Notes under the pieces: model-generated
What the model was told of the DNA's origin: nothing
The model's database searches: none
Seen by the model: only the letters and a program-made list of their open reading frames with translations
Source of the DNA: Centroscyllium fabricii
Taxonomy: Eukaryota
Assembly: GCA_051313645.2 (NCBI GenBank)
Contig: JBNRSN020000001.1
Span: 588,256,001 to 588,320,000 of the forward strand
Direction of reading: 5' to 3'
Length of the DNA stretch: 64,000 bases
In this document: piece by piece, positions 60,040 through 64,000 of the stretch
How positions within the stretch are numbered: position 1 is the stretch's first letter
Layout of the letters: each line of letters starts with the position of its first letter
Program-made: the position numbers and the translations under genes

Positions 60040-63000
60040 ATCCTCCTGAAGTTGAGCAGCTAGGGGTCAAACTAAAACAGAACCTCAAGGGTAATAATCT
60101 CTGGGTTATTACCTGAGCCACGAGCGAATTTGGCTAGGGTAAATAAAATTAGGGAGTTAAATGCGTGGCTCAAAGACTGGTGTGGGAGAATTGGGTTTTG
60201 CTTCTTGGGACACTGGCACCAGTACTGGGACAGGAGAGAACTGTTTTGGCGGGACGGGCTTCACCTGAACCGGGCTGGGACTAGTGTCCTGGCGAATCAT
60301 ATAACTAGGGCTGTAGAGGGCTTTAAAACTAATTAGTGGGGGGGAGGTTTCTAGAGAGCAAATAAATAAAATGACACTGGAGAAGGTAATGGACATAGGT
60401 AACAACGGGGTAATTAAAAGACAGAGTGTGTCAGGAAGGGAAAGAATGTATGGAGATAAAGGTAAAGTTGAAAAAAGGGAAAAAGCAGGAATGAAGTGTC
60501 AGACATATTTGAAAGTCCTTTATTTGAATGCACGTAGTATTCATAATAAAATGGACGAGTTGACGGCACAAATAGTTACATATGGGTATGATCTTGTGGC
60601 AATTACGGAGACATGGCCACAGGGTGACCAGGACTGGGAATTAAACATACAAGGGTATTTAACGATTAGGAGGGACAGGCGGGAAGGAAGGGGAGGTGGG
60701 GTGGCTATGTTAGTAAGGCAAGGTATCACGGCAATACAGCGGAATGATATTGGCTCAGAGGATCAAAAGATGGTGAAACAGTTTGGGTGGAAATAAGAAA
60801 TAATAAAGGGAAAAAAAAACTGGTGGGCGTAGTCTATAGGCCTCCAGACAGTTGTAACACAGTTGGTCGGAGTATAAATCAGGAAATAGTTGGGGCTTGT
60901 AATAAGGGAACAGCTATAATTATGGGAGATTTTAACTTTCATATTGACTGGACTAATCAAGTTGGACAGGGCAGCCTTGAGGAAGAGTTCATTGAGTGCA
61001 TTAGGGATGGGTTCCTTGAACAGTACGTAACTGAACCGACCAGGGGGCAAGCAATCTTGGATCTGGTCCTGTGTAATGAGACAGGATTAATTAAAAATGT
61101 CCTAGTAAAGGATCCCCTTGGAAAGAGTGACCATAACATGGTCGAATTCCAAATTCAATTAGAGGGTGAGAGGGTTGGATCTCAAACAAGGGTACTGAGC
61201 TTAAATAAAGGAGACTATGATGGTATGAGAGCAGAATTGATTAAGGTAGACTGGGGAAACAGATTAAAGGGTAGGACGGTACATGATCAGTGGTGTGTAT
61301 TCAAGGAGTTATTTTATAACTTAAGAAAAATATATTCCACTGAGGAAAAAGGGGTGTAAAAGAAAAAAAGCGCTATCCGTGGCTAAGTAAAGTAATAAAG
61401 GAGAGTATCCGACTAAAAACAAGGTTATTTATATAAGGTAGCTAAATCTAGTGGGAAGATAGAAGATAGGGAAGCTTTTAAATGTCAGCAAAAGATAACA
61501 AAAAGATTGATTAGGAAAGGGAAGATAGATTATGAAAGTAAATTAGCAAAAAATATAAAAACAGATAGCAAGAGTTTCTATAGTTACATAAAAAGAAAAA
61601 GGGTGGCTAAAGTAAATGTTGGTCCTTTAGAGGATGAGACCGGGAAATTAATGGTAGGAGACATGGAGATGGCAAAAGCAATGAACAAATATTTTGTATC
61701 AGTCTTTACAGTAGAGGACACTCAAAATATCCCAATATTGGATAAACAGGTGGCTCTAGGGGGGGGAGGAGCTAATTACGATTAAAGTCACTAAGGAGGT
61801 GGTACTCGGGAAAATTATGGGACTTAAGGAAGATAAATCCCCTGGACCTGATGGCTTACATCCTAGGGTCTTGAAGGAAGTGGCGGTAGGGATTGTGGAT
61901 GCGTTGGTAATAATTTTTCAAAACTCTCTGGACTCGGCAAAGGTTCCGGCAGATTGGAAAACTGCTAACGTAACGCCCTTATTTAAAAAGGGTAATAGAC
62001 AGAAGGCTGGAAATTATAGACCAGTTAGCCTAACATCTGTGGTTGGCAAAATGTTAGAACCTATTATTAAGGAAACAGTAACAGGGCATTTGGATAAACA
62101 CCATTTAATAGGACAAAGTCAGCATGGTTTTACAAAGGGGAAGTCATGTTTGACAAATTTGCTAGAGTTCTTTGAGGACATAACATATAGGGTGGATAAA
62201 GGGGAACCAGTGGATGTGGTGTATTTGAACTTCCAAAAGGCATTTGACAAGGTGCCCCACAGAAGATTATTACTCAAGATAAAAAATCACAGGGTTGGGG
62301 GTAATATTCTGGCATGGGTGGAGGATTGGCTTTCTAACAGAAAACAGAGAGTTGGGATAAATGGTTCGTTCTCAGACTGGCAGTCAGTCACTAGTGGTGT
62401 TCCACAAGGGTCGGTGCTGCGACCCCAACTCTTTACAATCTATATTAACGCTTTGGAAGAAGGGACCAAGTGCAACATATCAAAGTTTGCGGATGACACA
62501 AAGATGGGACGGAGGGTGATGAATGAGGAGGACATTAAAAACCTGCAAAAGGACATAGATAGGCTAAGTGAGTGGGCAGAGATTTGGCAGATGGAGTATA
62601 ATACTGGAAAATGTGAAGTTATGCACTTTGGCAAGAAAAATAAGAGCGCGAGTTATTATCTAAATGGAAAGGAACTGGAAAGTACTTCAGTGCAAAGGGA
62701 TCTGGGGGTCCTGGTGCAGGAAACACAAAAAGTTAATATGCAGGTGCAGCAGGTGGTAAGGAAGGCCAACGGAATGTTGGCTTTTATTGCTAAGGAGATT
62801 GAGTATAAAAGCGGGGAGGTCTTGCTGCAGTTGTACAGGGTATTGGTGAGACCACACCTGGAATGCTGCATGCAGTTCTGGTATCCCTATTTAAGAAAGG
62901 ACATACTTGCTCTCGAGGCAGTGCAGAGAAGGTTCACTAGGTTAATTCCGGGGATGAGGGGGCTAACATATGACGAGAGGCTGAGTAGATTGGGCCTCTA

Positions 63001-63603
63001 CTCATTGGAGTTCAGAAGAATGAGAGGCGATCTTATTGAAACATATAAGATTGTGAGAGGGCTTGATCGGGTGGATGCGGTGAGGATGTTCCCAATGGTA
63101 GGTGAGACTAGGACTAGGGGGCATAATCTTAAAATAAGGGGCTGCCATTTCAAAACTGAAATGAGGAGGAACTTCTTCACTCAGAGGGTGGTGGGGCTGT
63201 GGAATTTGCTGCCCTAGAGAGCTGTGGAAGCAACTACGTTGAATAAATTTAAAACTGAGATAGAGAGTTTCCTGTAATTAAAGGGAATTAGGGGGTATGG
63301 TGAGCGGGCAGGTAAGTGGACGTGAGGCTAGGTTCAGATCGGCCAGGTGATCTCCTGGACCAGTTTTCAATCGCCTAGATGGGTCGGAGAGGAATTTTCC
63401 TGATTTTTTTCTCCCAAATTGGCTACTGTTTTTTTTTAGATCTGTTTTTTCGCCTCTCCCAGGTGATCACATGGGTCTGGGCGGGGTGGAGAGTAAAAAT
63501 AAAATTGAGGTTAGGATCAGATCAGCCATGATCTTGTTGAATGGCGGAGCAGGCTCGAGGGGCCGATTGGCCTACTCCTGCTCCTATTTCTTATGTTCTT
63601 ATG
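60040..63603 (+). mobile_element. Long CR1 LINE: ORF1 C-terminus (SGNH esterase-like) plus ORF2 (APE endonuclease and RT) with frameshifts, and 3' UTR
   Basis: ELNAWLKDWC...RDGLHLN; YLNARSI, AITETW, VVYRPP, MGDFN, LDLVL, SDHN; RT ORF 61799-63217 with FADD; tail ttcttatgttcttatg. Confidence 0.95.
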
Positions 63604-63649
63604 TTAATCTGTTGTTCTCCATTGTAAAACTAGCCTTAAACTCAATGAC

Positions 63650-63872
63650 AAAAACAGAAAATGCTGAAATCATTCAGCAGGCCAGTCAGTACCTCTGGAG
63701 AGAACAGATTAAGTTTCAGATGTGGGTCTTTCGTCAGAACTTTGTCCTGACAAACGGCCCACCTGAAACATTGATTTGTCTGTTCTCTCCAGATAGTAAC
63801 TGACCTGCTAAATGATTCTGGCATTTTTTGGTTTTGATTCAGACATCCAGCAGCTTCAGTTTTTTTGCTTCA
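63650..63872. mobile_element. Decayed Penelope-like terminal fragment in inverted arrangement
   Basis: aaaacagaaaatgctg...ctggagagaacaga mirrored by tctgttctctccaga...gcattttttggtttt. Confidence 0.55.
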
Positions 63873-64000
63873 CCTCAATCATGTTGCAATCGCTTTCTGA
63901 GGGGTTCTTGACCTGTAACCTCCTCCATCAGCCTCTGACTCTTATAGTATTGTCTAGCATCGTGATTCCCCCAAACGGATTCCTTAATCATATGAACCAT

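Overview
Eukaryotic, repeat-saturated DNA with no prokaryotic features. It is most likely a cartilaginous fish (shark): tRNA-derived V-SINE/HE1-type SINEs sit with their partner CR1/HER1-type LINEs, plus DeuSINE-like SINEs. Most of the window is transposon-derived: CR1, L2, L1/Tx1, RTE, Rex1/Babar and Penelope non-LTR elements, a PIF/Harbinger element with a spliced transposase, and a 14.4-kb hAT element carrying nested insertions. There are also five members of one Gypsy LTR lineage and several MITE families. It probably lies inside long introns of a minus-strand host gene; one exon resembling SMAP1/SMAP2 is at 28933-29005. Three observations stand out. (1) The Gypsy lineage has no tRNA primer-binding site; instead a 13-nt sequence right after the 5' LTR is complementary to a segment of its own LTR, with compensatory changes across three families, suggesting self-priming or poly(A)-site occlusion. 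(2) A TA-flanked MITE family keeps its ends but swaps its interior, which looks like captured CpG-island promoter or first-exon cargo among dense NRF1/YY1-type motifs. (3) The intron in the Harbinger transposase appears to have been created by a retroposon insertion whose 7-bp target duplication supplies both splice sites. All calls were made by eye without database searches.
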